Positions 19,616 through 29,982 of a DNA stretch of 64,000 bases are shown here, in pieces. A model generated the notes under the pieces. It was not told the origin of the DNA. It worked only from the letters and a program-made list of their open reading frames with translations, and did no database searches. The DNA is from Candidatus Berkelbacteria bacterium (lineage in GTDB: Bacteria > Patescibacteriota > UBA1384 > XYA2-FULL-43-10 > CAINNR01), in the NCBI GenBank assembly GCA_037142675.1, contig JBAXAF010000001.1, forward strand, positions 28,543 to 92,542, read 5' to 3'. The position numbers and the translations under genes were made by a program. Every line of letters begins with the position of its first letter. Positions within the stretch are counted from its first letter, which is position 1.

Positions 19616-20044
19616 ATGCAATTAACATCAACTGATTTTGAAGATGGGGGAGAACTGGCGGATAAATTTTCTTGCAATGGTGAAGGAGCTCGGCCGCTTC
19701 TAACCTGGTCGGAAATTCCACCGGATACGAAAACACTGGCAATTACTCTTGTTGACCCGGACGCCCCTGACGGCAGTTTTGTTCACTGGATAGCAATAAA
19801 TATTCCAGTAGACACATTAAGCATTGCTAGTGGCGAAATAGTCGGAGAAGAGCTAATTAATTCTTCTGGAAAATCATCGTACATCGCGCCTTGCCCACCC
19901 GCAGGTAATCATCATTACATTTTCACTCTGTACGCCCTGGACGCAGGCAGGATCAGCGCTTCATCATCGGAGAGTTTTTTGCTTGCTGTTGGTCCACATA
20001 TTGTAAGTCAAGCTAAGCTGACTGGGCTCTACGGTAAAAGCTAG
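19616..20044 (+). CDS. YbhB/YbcL (PEBP/RKIP) family protein
   Basis: DPDAPDG..HW motif and GNHHYIFTLYALD typical of bacterial PEBP. Confidence 0.75.
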   Translation: MQLTSTDFEDGGELADKFSCNGEGARPLLTWSEIPPDTKTLAITLVDPDAPDGSFVHWIAINIPVDTLSIASGEIVGEELINSSGKSSYIAPCPPAGNHHYIFTLYALDAGRISASSSESFLLAVGPHIVSQAKLTGLYGKS

Positions 20045-20106
20045 TTGTTTGATTTTTATCTAGTTGGTATAATAAAGAAAATCAGGGTTAATAAAGTTGA
20101 GGGGAT

Positions 20107-22539
20107 ATGCAGCCTATTAGGATTTTTGATATTATTGCTCGTCGCCGGATTATGATTTTCGGCGTGGTTTTAGTTATAATTTTTGGCACAGCTATTGGCT
20201 TGGCTGCGAACTTTTTTGCCAATTCTAAAAAAGCTCATGCCGACAGTTACACTCTCGGTGACGGTGGCTACATTGGCCCAAATGATGCTTCCAGGGATTG
20301 GGCCAATACCGATGTCACTGTCACTGCTTCTGCTGATAATCCCGCAGCAATTGATGGCAAACATACATTCAAGAACTTGACTGTTCAAGGAACACTAACG
20401 ACGTCGGATTACAACCGCTACGGTGTTGATGGTATGTACTATGAAAAAAATTTAGCAGATGCTCGCGACGCTAAATCGTTATTTGAACTTACTAACGACC
20501 GTTATGTGTTTATAATGCGAGGGTTTATCAACACTGGTGGCGTCGCAAAAGACTATTATCTGACGAGTGAAACCGATGGCACAGTAAGCGGGCATCCTGA
20601 TTCCTTTCGAGTCGATGATACAGCTGTAATGCGTTTCTACCCGGCTGTTTCAGAATCAACTGAAAAATCTGCAGATTTGTTTACTGGTGAAGTTGGTTAT
20701 GCAATGACCAACTATGGTAGCATTTATGACGGAACGAACGGAAAATTTCAGCAGTATTCTGATGCTTTAACCAGCGCAGGAAGTCCAATACTACCTTTCG
20801 AGTTGGTCTATGCAAATAGTGGCGGCGGCCAGCACTACTTTGGTGTTTCAACATGCGCTGCTGCATGTTCAACTACAATAGGAAATCACACATTTGTTCG
20901 AACGGTGGATAATGAAACTACTTTTGCTGGTATGCCCGACGGTTCAATCGAGACCTATCAGGCTTGGCAGGGTAGCCGCACTGACACAGATGTTAGCGCT
21001 GTGAAGCAAGATTTGGTAAATATTTTCAATAAAAATTGGACTATCTCCAAAGCCGATTTGATTAGCGGGGTTTCTGCCCACCGAAAAAATAATCTATATG
21101 AAGATTACTACTTTGCAGATAATTACAACTTTTTCTCTGATCCTAAGGTTTATCTTCAGAACGACAAAAATATGCTGGATTCTCCTGTGACAGTTGCTTT
21201 GTCAGATGACCAACAATACCAATGGTCGAGCGCTGTTGGTGACATTAAATACGCTTTTTTTCTACCTAAAACTGATTGGTATACAACTTCCCCTTTAGCA
21301 AGGCGGGGGAACGCAAATGCGGGTTTTCCGATTATTGCTCAGTCACTATTTAGAACTATGCACAATCTTCCTTCGACGGCAGGTAAGCGAACCGAGATTA
21401 CGGTTACGGAAACTCTTTCAATTTTGGGAACTGGCAGAATAAACGTAAATGGCAAAGGTTTTGCTAACTCATTTATAACCGCTAGCGGTGGCAGAACACG
21501 TTTTGGGGCGGGTCCAGGAGCTGGCTATGGCGACCACAACTCTTCTCCTGCGGCTTCTCATGCGGGGCTAGGCGGCGGTCAAAATGATGCGACTGTTCGC
21601 TACGATAACGCTGTCGGCAATCAACCAACTTTGCCTGGGTCTGCTGGTGGATTTAATAGTGATGATATGGGTTGCGCTTATAGAATATCCGTAGGCTATC
21701 TTGATACTCTCTGTATTAGAGGCATTGACTATTATCTTGGATTTGGTGGTGGATACATCTCTCTATCAGCCAATGTGGTTAATTTATCTCCTGGCTCAGC
21801 TATTACAGCCAACTCGACAGCTGGGCGTTCTTATCAGCCAACTCCTGGTGGGTCAGGTGGAGCTATTATCATTCAAGACGCAGATTCTGGCTCACAGTAT
21901 GGCGGCGCAATCGAAGCTATGGGCGCAGGCTCAGATGAGTCTGAGGACCATACTATTTCACCTGGCGGCGGCGGCGGCAGTATTTACATTGCCACGTCCG
22001 GTAGCGTTGCGGGTTTAAGGGCTAAAGAAAATACAGCACTGGCTCCTTCATTTTATAATGCCTCAGATTGGTTTAGGAATAACCGCCCTGGCCAATTTGA
22101 TGTTCTGAAAATTTCAGCTTCAGGAGGTGATTCGGAGCGTGGCGTTGATGGTTCATACGGAATAGTAAATATCGTTGGTAGCCAACCACCAATGGCTGGA
22201 ATTCACAAAATCATTGACAAGATTTATCCGCTTGATGGTACGTCGCCGTATAACCTAAAACCTGCTGATAAAATACGCGTTACTTTACATGTGACCAATT
22301 TGGTCGCTGGCCAGCCAATTACAATACGGGACGAGTTTTTCAGTGATGGTACAGCCGCTGGTATTAGCAAGTTCACGTTAATCGCTAGCAGCAATGATTG
22401 TAAAACTCATCTCGGTGGCGCTAGCGTTGACCTTTCGTCGTGCACCATGACTCCGTCGACTTCGGACATCTCCTGGACGTTTACTCCAGCTGCTGGACAA
22501 GAAACCGTCGATCTTCAATACAGTCTTTTGGTCAAGTAA
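20107..22539 (+). CDS. Large secreted/surface protein, Gly-rich repeats (hypothetical)
   Basis: N-terminal signal anchor, G-rich low-complexity stretches (GGGY, GAGPGAGYG), no enzymatic motif. Confidence 0.55.
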   Translation: MQPIRIFDIIARRRIMIFGVVLVIIFGTAIGLAANFFANSKKAHADSYTLGDGGYIGPNDASRDWANTDVTVTASADNPAAIDGKHTFKNLTVQGTLTTSDYNRYGVDGMYYEKNLADARDAKSLFELTNDRYVFIMRGFINTGGVAKDYYLTSETDGTVSGHPDSFRVDDTAVMRFYPAVSESTEKSADLFTGEVGYAMTNYGSIYDGTNGKFQQYSDALTSAGSPILPFELVYANSGGGQHYFGVSTCAAACSTTIGNHTFVRTVDNETTFAGMPDGSIETYQAWQGSRTDTDVSAVKQDLVNIFNKNWTISKADLISGVSAHRKNNLYEDYYFADNYNFFSDPKVYLQNDKNMLDSPVTVALSDDQQYQWSSAVGDIKYAFFLPKTDWYTTSPLARRGNANAGFPIIAQSLFRTMHNLPSTAGKRTEITVTETLSILGTGRINVNGKGFANSFITASGGRTRFGAGPGAGYGDHNSSPAASHAGLGGGQNDATVRYDNAVGNQPTLPGSAGGFNSDDMGCAYRISVGYLDTLCIRGIDYYLGFGGGYISLSANVVNLSPGSAITANSTAGRSYQPTPGGSGGAIIIQDADSGSQYGGAIEAMGAGSDESEDHTISPGGGGGSIYIATSGSVAGLRAKENTALAPSFYNASDWFRNNRPGQFDVLKISASGGDSERGVDGSYGIVNIVGSQPPMAGIHKIIDKIYPLDGTSPYNLKPADKIRVTLHVTNLVAGQPITIRDEFFSDGTAAGISKFTLIASSNDCKTHLGGASVDLSSCTMTPSTSDISWTFTPAAGQETVDLQYSLLVK

Positions 22540-22548
22540 TTAATATCA

Positions 22549-23607
22549 ATGAAAAAATATTTGATGCCAATTGGGATTTTGTTTTTGCTGGCAGTCTTTT
22601 GTTTGCCAAGTATTTGTGCGTTTGCTCTCGACGCTAGCAATGAAACTCCAACACTAAATTGGGGCAGTCCGTCGGCGTTCTGGACGGACGGCAGTCAAAA
22701 TTACATAACTTACTACCAAGGAATTACAACTGGGCCGCCTGACGCTTCTATTTCTCATGCGACTGACGTTTTTCGAAACGTCGCGCCAGCAACTTTGCCT
22801 GATTTAATTTTCAATAAAAACTGTTTGTTAGATGCTAAAGACTCCAGCCTTACTTCGGTAGGGCAGTGTGTCAATTTTAACGGCCCAAGCTCGACGACAG
22901 TTTTTAATAGCCGAACATACGCTAATGGTTTCTTGAAATCGGCAACTGCAGTTATTAAATATCCATCGATAAATGTTATCGGTGACTCATTTAACTCGTC
23001 TGGTAACTTTGCCTATTGGGGGCAGCACTTACGTCAAACAGACCCTTCAAATTCTACTGATTCCAATGCTTATTGGCAGATGAAAGGTTATCAGTTTAAT
23101 CAAGCTGCTCAATCATATTGGGATAACACCGACGCAAATAACAATAAGACAATGACTGCCACTATTGCCAGGTTAATGCAAAACGCAAAGGCGCTATCTG
23201 CAGGGACGTCTAATTTAATTACAACTTCGTTTAACGGGATATGCTATCCGCTATCTTTTTCTGATAATTCTTGCACTGAGGTCAACCAGTATTCAGACGG
23301 CCGCGTGTGGTATTCGAGAGGCCCTCTCATTCTAAATGGTGGGGTCACTTATTCTAATAAAGCAAGTATAATAGTGCAAACTGGTGATTTGAAAATAGAT
23401 AGCTCAGTTAAAGCTTCTGCTAGCAGCCCGAATTCAAGCCTTGGTTTAATCGTTCAGAGCGGCAATGTTACAATTACCAACAATTCAGCTAGTCTAATGA
23501 CAGTCAGAGCATCTATTTTTGCCCCACAGGGGACAATTAAACTTGTTGGTAGCAATATTACCTTAATCGGCTCATTCATTGCTAAAGACTTTGATGTCGG
23601 TAGTTAG
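22549..23607 (+). CDS. Secreted hypothetical protein
   Basis: Signal peptide MKKYLMPIGILFLLAVFCLPSICAFA; Ser/Thr/Asn-rich. Confidence 0.5.
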   Translation: MKKYLMPIGILFLLAVFCLPSICAFALDASNETPTLNWGSPSAFWTDGSQNYITYYQGITTGPPDASISHATDVFRNVAPATLPDLIFNKNCLLDAKDSSLTSVGQCVNFNGPSSTTVFNSRTYANGFLKSATAVIKYPSINVIGDSFNSSGNFAYWGQHLRQTDPSNSTDSNAYWQMKGYQFNQAAQSYWDNTDANNNKTMTATIARLMQNAKALSAGTSNLITTSFNGICYPLSFSDNSCTEVNQYSDGRVWYSRGPLILNGGVTYSNKASIIVQTGDLKIDSSVKASASSPNSSLGLIVQSGNVTITNNSASLMTVRASIFAPQGTIKLVGSNITLIGSFIAKDFDVGS

Positions 23608-23633
23608 CTAGGAAAATTAGACAGAATTAAAAG

Positions 23634-25760
23634 ATGAGTAAATTAAATCAAATAAAAAAAATAGTGTTCATTGCCATACTGGTGTTTTCTCCACTGGTTA
23701 TTTCTTTTGTCGGGCCGACAAAGGCTAGCGCGGCGGCTTCTTTAACTGGCCACGAAGCCGACGGGACAGAAATTTGGACCATTGCCAAGAATCCTGCAGC
23801 ATTTCCAGATATTCAAACTATTCCGGTGGGAAGTTATGGCAATGGTATTACCGCTCCACTCATTAGCTTGCGCGTTAGTGGTAATACCACGCTAAAAATT
23901 TTAGGCCCTCATACCTTTTATAACCTAACGGTAGACGATGGTGCCACTATCACTAGCGACGCACTTTCTATGGGCGTTGATTATCAAGGAGGCATTTATA
24001 GTATTGGGAGCAGTTACCCGTTGAACCCAAGTGCTCAAAATAAAATAATCGACCTGACGGTCAAAGAGAAGCTTACCGTTAATGGCACAATTTCAGCGGA
24101 CGGACTTGGCTTCAGTGGCGGACATTTACCATATAATCAATTTTGTGTGCGCTATGGGGATGGTACATGTGCTGGCTGGTATGCTCACACCCAAGCGTTT
24201 TTCACCAACCCCGATGTATATTTATGGGGGCGTGGTCAAGGCCCTGGCGGCGGTGCTTCTAGAGTAACTTACGCAAACGAACACAGCGCCGGTGCTGGCG
24301 GCGGCTTTGGCGGTAAGGGTGGAGCCGGTTTTGCCTGTGATGATGCCTATTGCACTAGAGAACAGACCGAGGTACCGGCAGGTATGCCGGCTCCAGGTGT
24401 TGTCTACGGTAGCGTTGGTGATTTTGGTTCTGGCGGCGGCTATGCAAATCATGACCAGCTAAACGAACCAGTCGATGGTGGCGCCGGTGGTGGTGTAATA
24501 AAAATTCAGGCGAAAGAAATTTCAATGTCAACTGATAGCAAAATTTCTGCTAACGGATTATCTGGTACTGGTAGTGGTGAAACTGCTGGCGGCGCCGGTT
24601 CCGGTGGTTCAATTTCGCTACAGTTCAACCAGGGTTCAATAAAGCAACCTTTTGTTAAAGCAGGAGTTAACCCACAGAATTATTTAGCGTGGAAAGCCGA
24701 TGATGGCCAGGTGACAATTAACGCGATGAATGACCATGTTAATGGGGGGACAGACAATATTACTGCGAATGGTGGGAACGGAGCGGCATATGCTGGTGCT
24801 GGCGGCGGCGGAAGAATTTATGTTGGGCCTCTATCACTTATCGGAAGCTTGTCAGCTGACCCGGCCAGTGGGATTGCTCCACTAAGCACTACCTTAACGG
24901 CCACTGCCAGTGGATCCGACGAGGGCACATTAAATTATACTTTTTGGTGGAACTGTGAAAGTGCATCTAGTAACGTTGGCGAAGTTTCTGCGGCTGGAGT
25001 TTGTGGCAGCCCAAATGATCCGACAAAAGGAGCCAAATTTGATGCTGTTGATGTTTTGACAAAATCAGTTTCTCGTACATACGGATCAGCTGGAGTATAT
25101 CATCCTAAAGTAATTATTGAGCGTGGCGCAGCAACCCCGGTAACGGCATCCACTACTGTCACAGTAACAGCGCCAACATTAACCAGCGCTTTATCAGCGA
25201 ATCCGACCAGCGGTGTATCGCCCCTGAGCACAACATTAACTGCAAGCGCAGGAGGTACGGCTACTGGTACCTTAAATTATTCTATCTGGTGGGATTGCGA
25301 TAACGGAACCACAAGTGTAGCTAGCGCAATTGCCGCATGCGGCAATCCTTCTGATCCAGCCAAAGGAGTGAAATATGATGCTACATCTAGCACGACTAAG
25401 ACGGTTTCACACATTTACTCTACCGGCTTCATTCATGCTAAAGTTATCATTGAAAGAGGTACCGCTGCGCCGGCAACTTCTATTGCTCTAGTTAACGTTC
25501 AGGCACCTCCTTGCGTAGCTTTCCCCGATCAGACGCAGACAGTCTCTTGCCCAGCTGGCCAGGTAGGCGCTATAACACAAGGTAGAAGATCTACCTGTCC
25601 TGGACCCGTTTGGGGCGCTTGGACAACAACGTCAACCACCTGCGCCGTTGCTCCGCCTACTTCGAGCGGGAACATTAATTTTACTCAAGATAGCAGAAAT
25701 GAATCTACTTGGCCGCCAGGATTTCGAGATTTGCAGCCACTGTCCAGTATAAGTAAGTAG
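23634..25760 (+). CDS. Secreted Gly-rich protein with two tandem PKD/Ig-like domains
   Basis: Signal peptide; duplicated about 110-aa block (ASGIAPLSTTLTATASGSDEGTLNYTFWWNCE... / TSGVSPLSTTLTASAGGTATGTLNYSIWWDCD...). Confidence 0.6.
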   Translation: MSKLNQIKKIVFIAILVFSPLVISFVGPTKASAAASLTGHEADGTEIWTIAKNPAAFPDIQTIPVGSYGNGITAPLISLRVSGNTTLKILGPHTFYNLTVDDGATITSDALSMGVDYQGGIYSIGSSYPLNPSAQNKIIDLTVKEKLTVNGTISADGLGFSGGHLPYNQFCVRYGDGTCAGWYAHTQAFFTNPDVYLWGRGQGPGGGASRVTYANEHSAGAGGGFGGKGGAGFACDDAYCTREQTEVPAGMPAPGVVYGSVGDFGSGGGYANHDQLNEPVDGGAGGGVIKIQAKEISMSTDSKISANGLSGTGSGETAGGAGSGGSISLQFNQGSIKQPFVKAGVNPQNYLAWKADDGQVTINAMNDHVNGGTDNITANGGNGAAYAGAGGGGRIYVGPLSLIGSLSADPASGIAPLSTTLTATASGSDEGTLNYTFWWNCESASSNVGEVSAAGVCGSPNDPTKGAKFDAVDVLTKSVSRTYGSAGVYHPKVIIERGAATPVTASTTVTVTAPTLTSALSANPTSGVSPLSTTLTASAGGTATGTLNYSIWWDCDNGTTSVASAIAACGNPSDPAKGVKYDATSSTTKTVSHIYSTGFIHAKVIIERGTAAPATSIALVNVQAPPCVAFPDQTQTVSCPAGQVGAITQGRRSTCPGPVWGAWTTTSTTCAVAPPTSSGNINFTQDSRNESTWPPGFRDLQPLSSISK

Positions 25761-25817
25761 GTAAAAAAAATTTTATTCTGTGCGCAATCTGTATTTTTAT
25801 AAAAAGTATTAAAAGTG

Positions 25818-25847
25818 TTGCACAACAAAAAACTATTGTTGTATAAT
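25818..25847 (+). promoter_or_regulatory. Promoter TTGCAC-N18-TATAAT for the pilus-assembly operon
   Basis: Consensus -10, good -35, followed by RBS AGGAGGG before ATG 25874. Confidence 0.5.
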
Positions 25848-25873
25848 AGAAGAAATGAATTGTAGGAGGGTTA

Positions 25874-26509
25874 ATGCCGGGTGAAAATGAGCACGGTGCT
25901 CGAGTAGAAGAGCCGTTTTTGGAAATTAATACTAGCGAAGACGAAGGCGGAGGAGCGGCTAATATTGTTTTTGTCTCCTCAATAATTCTGGTAGTTTTAA
26001 TTACCGGATTTTTTATTTTCTATAAATATAGAACTGATTCAGAGGTTAAAGACAAGCAGCAGGCGCTCAATAGCGTGATGGATCAAATCAATAGCAGTGA
26101 AAATAAAGCAATTACTGTTAAGGCTCAAAACTTAAATTCTGCGCTCGGAATACTAACCGTTGCATCAAAATCGAAATACTCATTTAAAACTTTTATTGAC
26201 GCCTTAAAAACAAAAATTACTAAAGATACAAAGTTAAACTCAATATCAATTTCTGATGCAGGGCTGGTTTCTATGGATGGCATTACTACAAATTTTCGTT
26301 CTGTCGCCGACTTAGCCGTGGCACTTGGAGCTTCGCCAAAGTTAAAAAATGTTCAAATAGTTGGCCTTACCAAGTCAGATGACGAATCTTCTAGCTTGGT
26401 CGGTTTTTCCATGACGGCAGAAATCAAAGATTGGTCTACTGCTTCGTCGGCTGATTCTAACACTGATTCTGCCGATAGCGCTGGTAGCGTTGGAGGTGCA
26501 AGTGAATAA
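25874..26509 (+). CDS. PilN-like type IV pilus inner-membrane assembly protein (tentative)
   Basis: Single N-terminal TM, coiled-coil then periplasmic domain, located upstream of pilB. Confidence 0.4.
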   Translation: MPGENEHGARVEEPFLEINTSEDEGGGAANIVFVSSIILVVLITGFFIFYKYRTDSEVKDKQQALNSVMDQINSSENKAITVKAQNLNSALGILTVASKSKYSFKTFIDALKTKITKDTKLNSISISDAGLVSMDGITTNFRSVADLAVALGASPKLKNVQIVGLTKSDDESSSLVGFSMTAEIKDWSTASSADSNTDSADSAGSVGGASE

Positions 26510-27068
26510 AAAAGATTTAAATCTATTATTGCCGGCCATAACAGCCATTTTGGCCATTGCCAGCTATTTTATTTGCAGTGATCTTTTTATGCCCACAATT
26601 GCAGACAACACCTCAAAAATTACTGCATATGATCAAGAAATTACCTCAGCCAATGAAAAGCTTGACTCTATCTCTGCTGCTGACAAATCAATGACGGAAT
26701 TGTCATCGGTGGTAAACAATCTGTTAATTGCTGTTCCTGAGAGTGCTAATGCTCCTGATTTAATCACCGAAATTGAAGTAATTGCTAGCCAGAGCCAGGT
26801 ACTGTTGCCTAGTTTGTCGCCGCCATCTGCTGCTATTGTTGGTGGAGCATCGGGTGTCGCGTCAGGCAAAAGTTTCTTAACCAGCCTAACGGTTTTTGGC
26901 ACCTTCCAGAACATCAATACCTTTATTAATTCCTTAGAAACTTCAATTCGTTTTTCAAAGATTAATAATTTGAGCTTGTCTGCTTCAGAGAATGGCTTAT
27001 CTGCCTCAATCACAATTGAGGTCTATAGCCGTCCAGCAATTTCTAGCTCTATCGGGGTGTCACAATGA
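26490..27068 (+). CDS. PilO-like type IV pilus assembly protein (tentative)
   Basis: Single TM, coiled-coil, overlapping gene pair with the preceding ORF. Confidence 0.4.
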   Translation: MEVQVNKKDLNLLLPAITAILAIASYFICSDLFMPTIADNTSKITAYDQEITSANEKLDSISAADKSMTELSSVVNNLLIAVPESANAPDLITEIEVIASQSQVLLPSLSPPSAAIVGGASGVASGKSFLTSLTVFGTFQNINTFINSLETSIRFSKINNLSLSASENGLSASITIEVYSRPAISSSIGVSQ

Positions 27069-27337
27069 AACAAAATACTTTTTCTGATAAGGCAATGCTA
27101 GTGGTAAGCTTGGCTTTGCTGGTACTAATTATTGTCACATTTGTTTGGATGTGGTTCTGGTCAAGCCGACCGTCAGTAGATAGCTTCAAAACAACAGATA
27201 ACTTGCAGCCGATTAGTGTGGCCGGGCTTGAGACTCGGGCTCAAAAAATTCTTGATGGTTTAAAAAATAATTCTGGCATTCCAATCCCCGAACCTACCTC
27301 GAAGGAGGGACGGGATGATCCATTTGCCAGTCTTTAA
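27065..27337 (+). CDS. Small membrane protein in the pilus operon (PilP-like?)
   Basis: 90 aa, one TM, translational coupling with the upstream gene. Confidence 0.35.
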   Translation: MKQNTFSDKAMLVVSLALLVLIIVTFVWMWFWSSRPSVDSFKTTDNLQPISVAGLETRAQKILDGLKNNSGIPIPEPTSKEGRDDPFASL

Positions 27338-27339
27338 AT

Positions 27340-27470
27340 GAAATTATAATATCAAAATTCTAAATTCTAAACAAACCCAAATGATCAAATTCTTGAATAT
27401 TAAAGAAGATAAAACATTTTAATTTTGATATTGTTTAGGAATTAGATATTAGAGTTTAGAAATTTGTATT
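27340..27470 (+). repeat. AT-rich, roughly 130-bp element with terminal inverted repeats (AATTCTAAATTCTAAAC ... GTTTAGAAATT), copy X, upstream of pilB
   Basis: Shares TTCTAAACAAAYCCAAATGAYCAAA core and inverted ends with copy Y at 36386-36525. Confidence 0.45.
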
Positions 27471-27477
27471 TATAAAT

Positions 27478-29904
27478 ATGGATAGTCAAAAAAAAAATTC
27501 TCCAATTATTAATTCGCAATTTAGCGGTCTTTATCAGGCCCTTTCTTCTCAATCAATTATCGACGTATTTGTAGTTCAGGGCTTGGTTCTGCCGGCCGAT
27601 GGTGAAAAGATTAAATCTAAATATCAAAACAATCTTGCGATTGAACGTTTTTTATTATCAAATAAATTAATTTCTCGCGAGGCGATTAACAAGGCCTACA
27701 GCATCATATTAAAACTGCCGTTTATTTCACTTCATAACGTTGCGATTCCGGAAGATGTTAAAAAAGTTGTCCCAGAGCGCTTGGCTAAGAAGTTCCAGGT
27801 AGCGGCTTTTGCAAAAAAAAATCAAATACTCAATTTGGCGATTGCAAATCCTGGAGAGTTATTTTTGCCGCAAAATCAAACGTTGGAGAGTTTAGTCGCC
27901 AGTAAAAATTTAACTTTGGAACTATTTATTACCACACCTGAGGATTTGATTCAGGTTCTTGGTCGTGGCAAAGAGGCTGTGTCCCTAGATAAAGGTAACT
28001 TGCCAGTAATTTTTTTACGCAATAGAAATGTTGACCAAAAAGTTTTGCAATTATTGCCGCTGGAATTTATCTTGAAAAATAGGTTAGTTATTTTTGACAA
28101 ACTAGGTCCAAAAACATTTAGAATTGCCCAGGAAGATCCGTACAATGCTAAAACTAAGCAAATCATTGAATATCTAAAAACCAATAACAATTTGGAGCTA
28201 GAGGAGTTTTCTACTTCAAAGGATGACATAGATTATCTTATTTCTCTCTATCAAAAAGCTGCAGCTGGTGTTGTTTTAGACAAACCCGAAGTTTTGGAGA
28301 AAAAAGCTGACGGCGGAGCCTTTAGCGGCTTGTTGGAATCATTGGTCTCTGACAATAAGCCTGGAATCGCCAGCGAAGAGTCCATCAGTAAAGCTGTCCC
28401 AATGCAAACCAGCAAATTTGGCGAACTATCCGGGCCAAAAAAAAGTTCTGATCAGCCAGCGTCAGCTCAAGATGAAGTTAGGTATGAACTTGAGGCAACA
28501 AAAAAATTAGAAAATGAGGAAAAAGACATAGGAAAACTTTTGGGTAAGGATGTGAAGACAGTGGAAGAGTTAAAGGAAATTGCCAGTGAAAATTCAACCC
28601 CAAAGTTTGTAGCTGGAATAATCAGTTTTGCTCTGACTATCGGTTCTTCTGATATTCATGTTGAGCCAGAGGCCAAAAGACTTAGAATCCGTTGCAGAGT
28701 CGATGGGATATTGAAAGATATTTTTCAATTGCCGCCGGAATATGGTCCTCAAATTATAAGTCGAATAAAAATACTTGCAGGCATGAAACTTGATGAAACC
28801 AGGATCCCACAGGATGGTCGTTTTTCAGTTGACTTCATGGAGCGAGAAGTTGATGTCCGCGTTTCTATGTTGCCAACTGTCTACGGCGAAAAAACCGTAA
28901 TGAGAATCTTGGATAAGACTCAAGGAATAAGGTCGCTGGAGGATTTGGGGTTTGTCGGTTCGGCTTTCAAAATTGTAATGGAGCAAATCAAACAGCCGTA
29001 TGGAATTATTATGTCCACTGGCCCAACTGGATCAGGAAAATCCACAACCTTGTACGCGATACTTAATCGATTAAACCAGCCAGGAGTGAATGTTGTTACC
29101 CTTGAGGACCCAGTTGAATACGAAGTTCCTGGTGTTAACCAGTGCCAAATTAAGCCAAAAATTGGTTTTACTTTTGCTGAAGGCCTTCGAAGCATTTTGC
29201 GACAAGACCCAAACATCATTATGGTTGGTGAGGTTCGCGATGCTGATACGGCTTCAATGGCTACACACGCAGCTCTAACTGGTCATTTGGTCCTAACCAC
29301 TCTGCACACTAATGATGCGGCGTCAGCACTGCCTCGGCTGATCAACATGGGAGTTGAGCCATTTCTAATTACCTCTAGTATAAATTTAATTATTGCACAA
29401 AGATTACTTCGTCGCATTTGCCCTAAGTGCAGGGAAAAGGTTGAAATTCCAGAAGCCCTAAAGCAAGCCATTCAAAAAGAAGTTAACAGCATTTCTAAAA
29501 CCAATCAGGACGATATCGCCAGGGTGAAAGAGTTACAATTTTATAAGGGTCGAGGATGCAAAGAGTGCACAGAGGGTTATAAGGGGCGAGTCGGCATTTA
29601 TGAACTTTTGGTTATGGATGATCAAATCGAGAACTTAGCAGTTTCTCGTCGACCAGCTTCAGAAATTAAAGACGCGGCAATAGCAGCTGGAATGCTAACA
29701 ATGAAGCAAGATGGCATTTTAAAGGCAATAGACGGGTTGACTACAATCGATGAAGTACTGCTGGCTACTGGTGAAGTTGGGATGGGTGAGGCCATCAATG
29801 CGGCTAAAGCTCAAGTTGCCCCGAAACCGGCAATGCCAGACTGCGAACCAGAAGAAAAAAAGGAAAACATAGAACCAAAAGTAAACAATGATAAAAATGA
29901 TTGA
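27478..29904 (+). CDS. pilB: Type IV pilus assembly ATPase PilB (GspE family) with long N-terminal extension
   Basis: Walker A GPTGSGKST, Asp/His boxes, tetracysteine CPKC..CKEC, GspE core. Confidence 0.85.
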   Translation: MDSQKKNSPIINSQFSGLYQALSSQSIIDVFVVQGLVLPADGEKIKSKYQNNLAIERFLLSNKLISREAINKAYSIILKLPFISLHNVAIPEDVKKVVPERLAKKFQVAAFAKKNQILNLAIANPGELFLPQNQTLESLVASKNLTLELFITTPEDLIQVLGRGKEAVSLDKGNLPVIFLRNRNVDQKVLQLLPLEFILKNRLVIFDKLGPKTFRIAQEDPYNAKTKQIIEYLKTNNNLELEEFSTSKDDIDYLISLYQKAAAGVVLDKPEVLEKKADGGAFSGLLESLVSDNKPGIASEESISKAVPMQTSKFGELSGPKKSSDQPASAQDEVRYELEATKKLENEEKDIGKLLGKDVKTVEELKEIASENSTPKFVAGIISFALTIGSSDIHVEPEAKRLRIRCRVDGILKDIFQLPPEYGPQIISRIKILAGMKLDETRIPQDGRFSVDFMEREVDVRVSMLPTVYGEKTVMRILDKTQGIRSLEDLGFVGSAFKIVMEQIKQPYGIIMSTGPTGSGKSTTLYAILNRLNQPGVNVVTLEDPVEYEVPGVNQCQIKPKIGFTFAEGLRSILRQDPNIIMVGEVRDADTASMATHAALTGHLVLTTLHTNDAASALPRLINMGVEPFLITSSINLIIAQRLLRRICPKCREKVEIPEALKQAIQKEVNSISKTNQDDIARVKELQFYKGRGCKECTEGYKGRVGIYELLVMDDQIENLAVSRRPASEIKDAAIAAGMLTMKQDGILKAIDGLTTIDEVLLATGEVGMGEAINAAKAQVAPKPAMPDCEPEEKKENIEPKVNNDKND

Positions 29905-29982
29905 TCAAATACGCTAGACATTGTTTGACTGCAGTGGTTTTTCTTTGGTATCATAATATTAAGTTAACATCCTGGAGGGAAT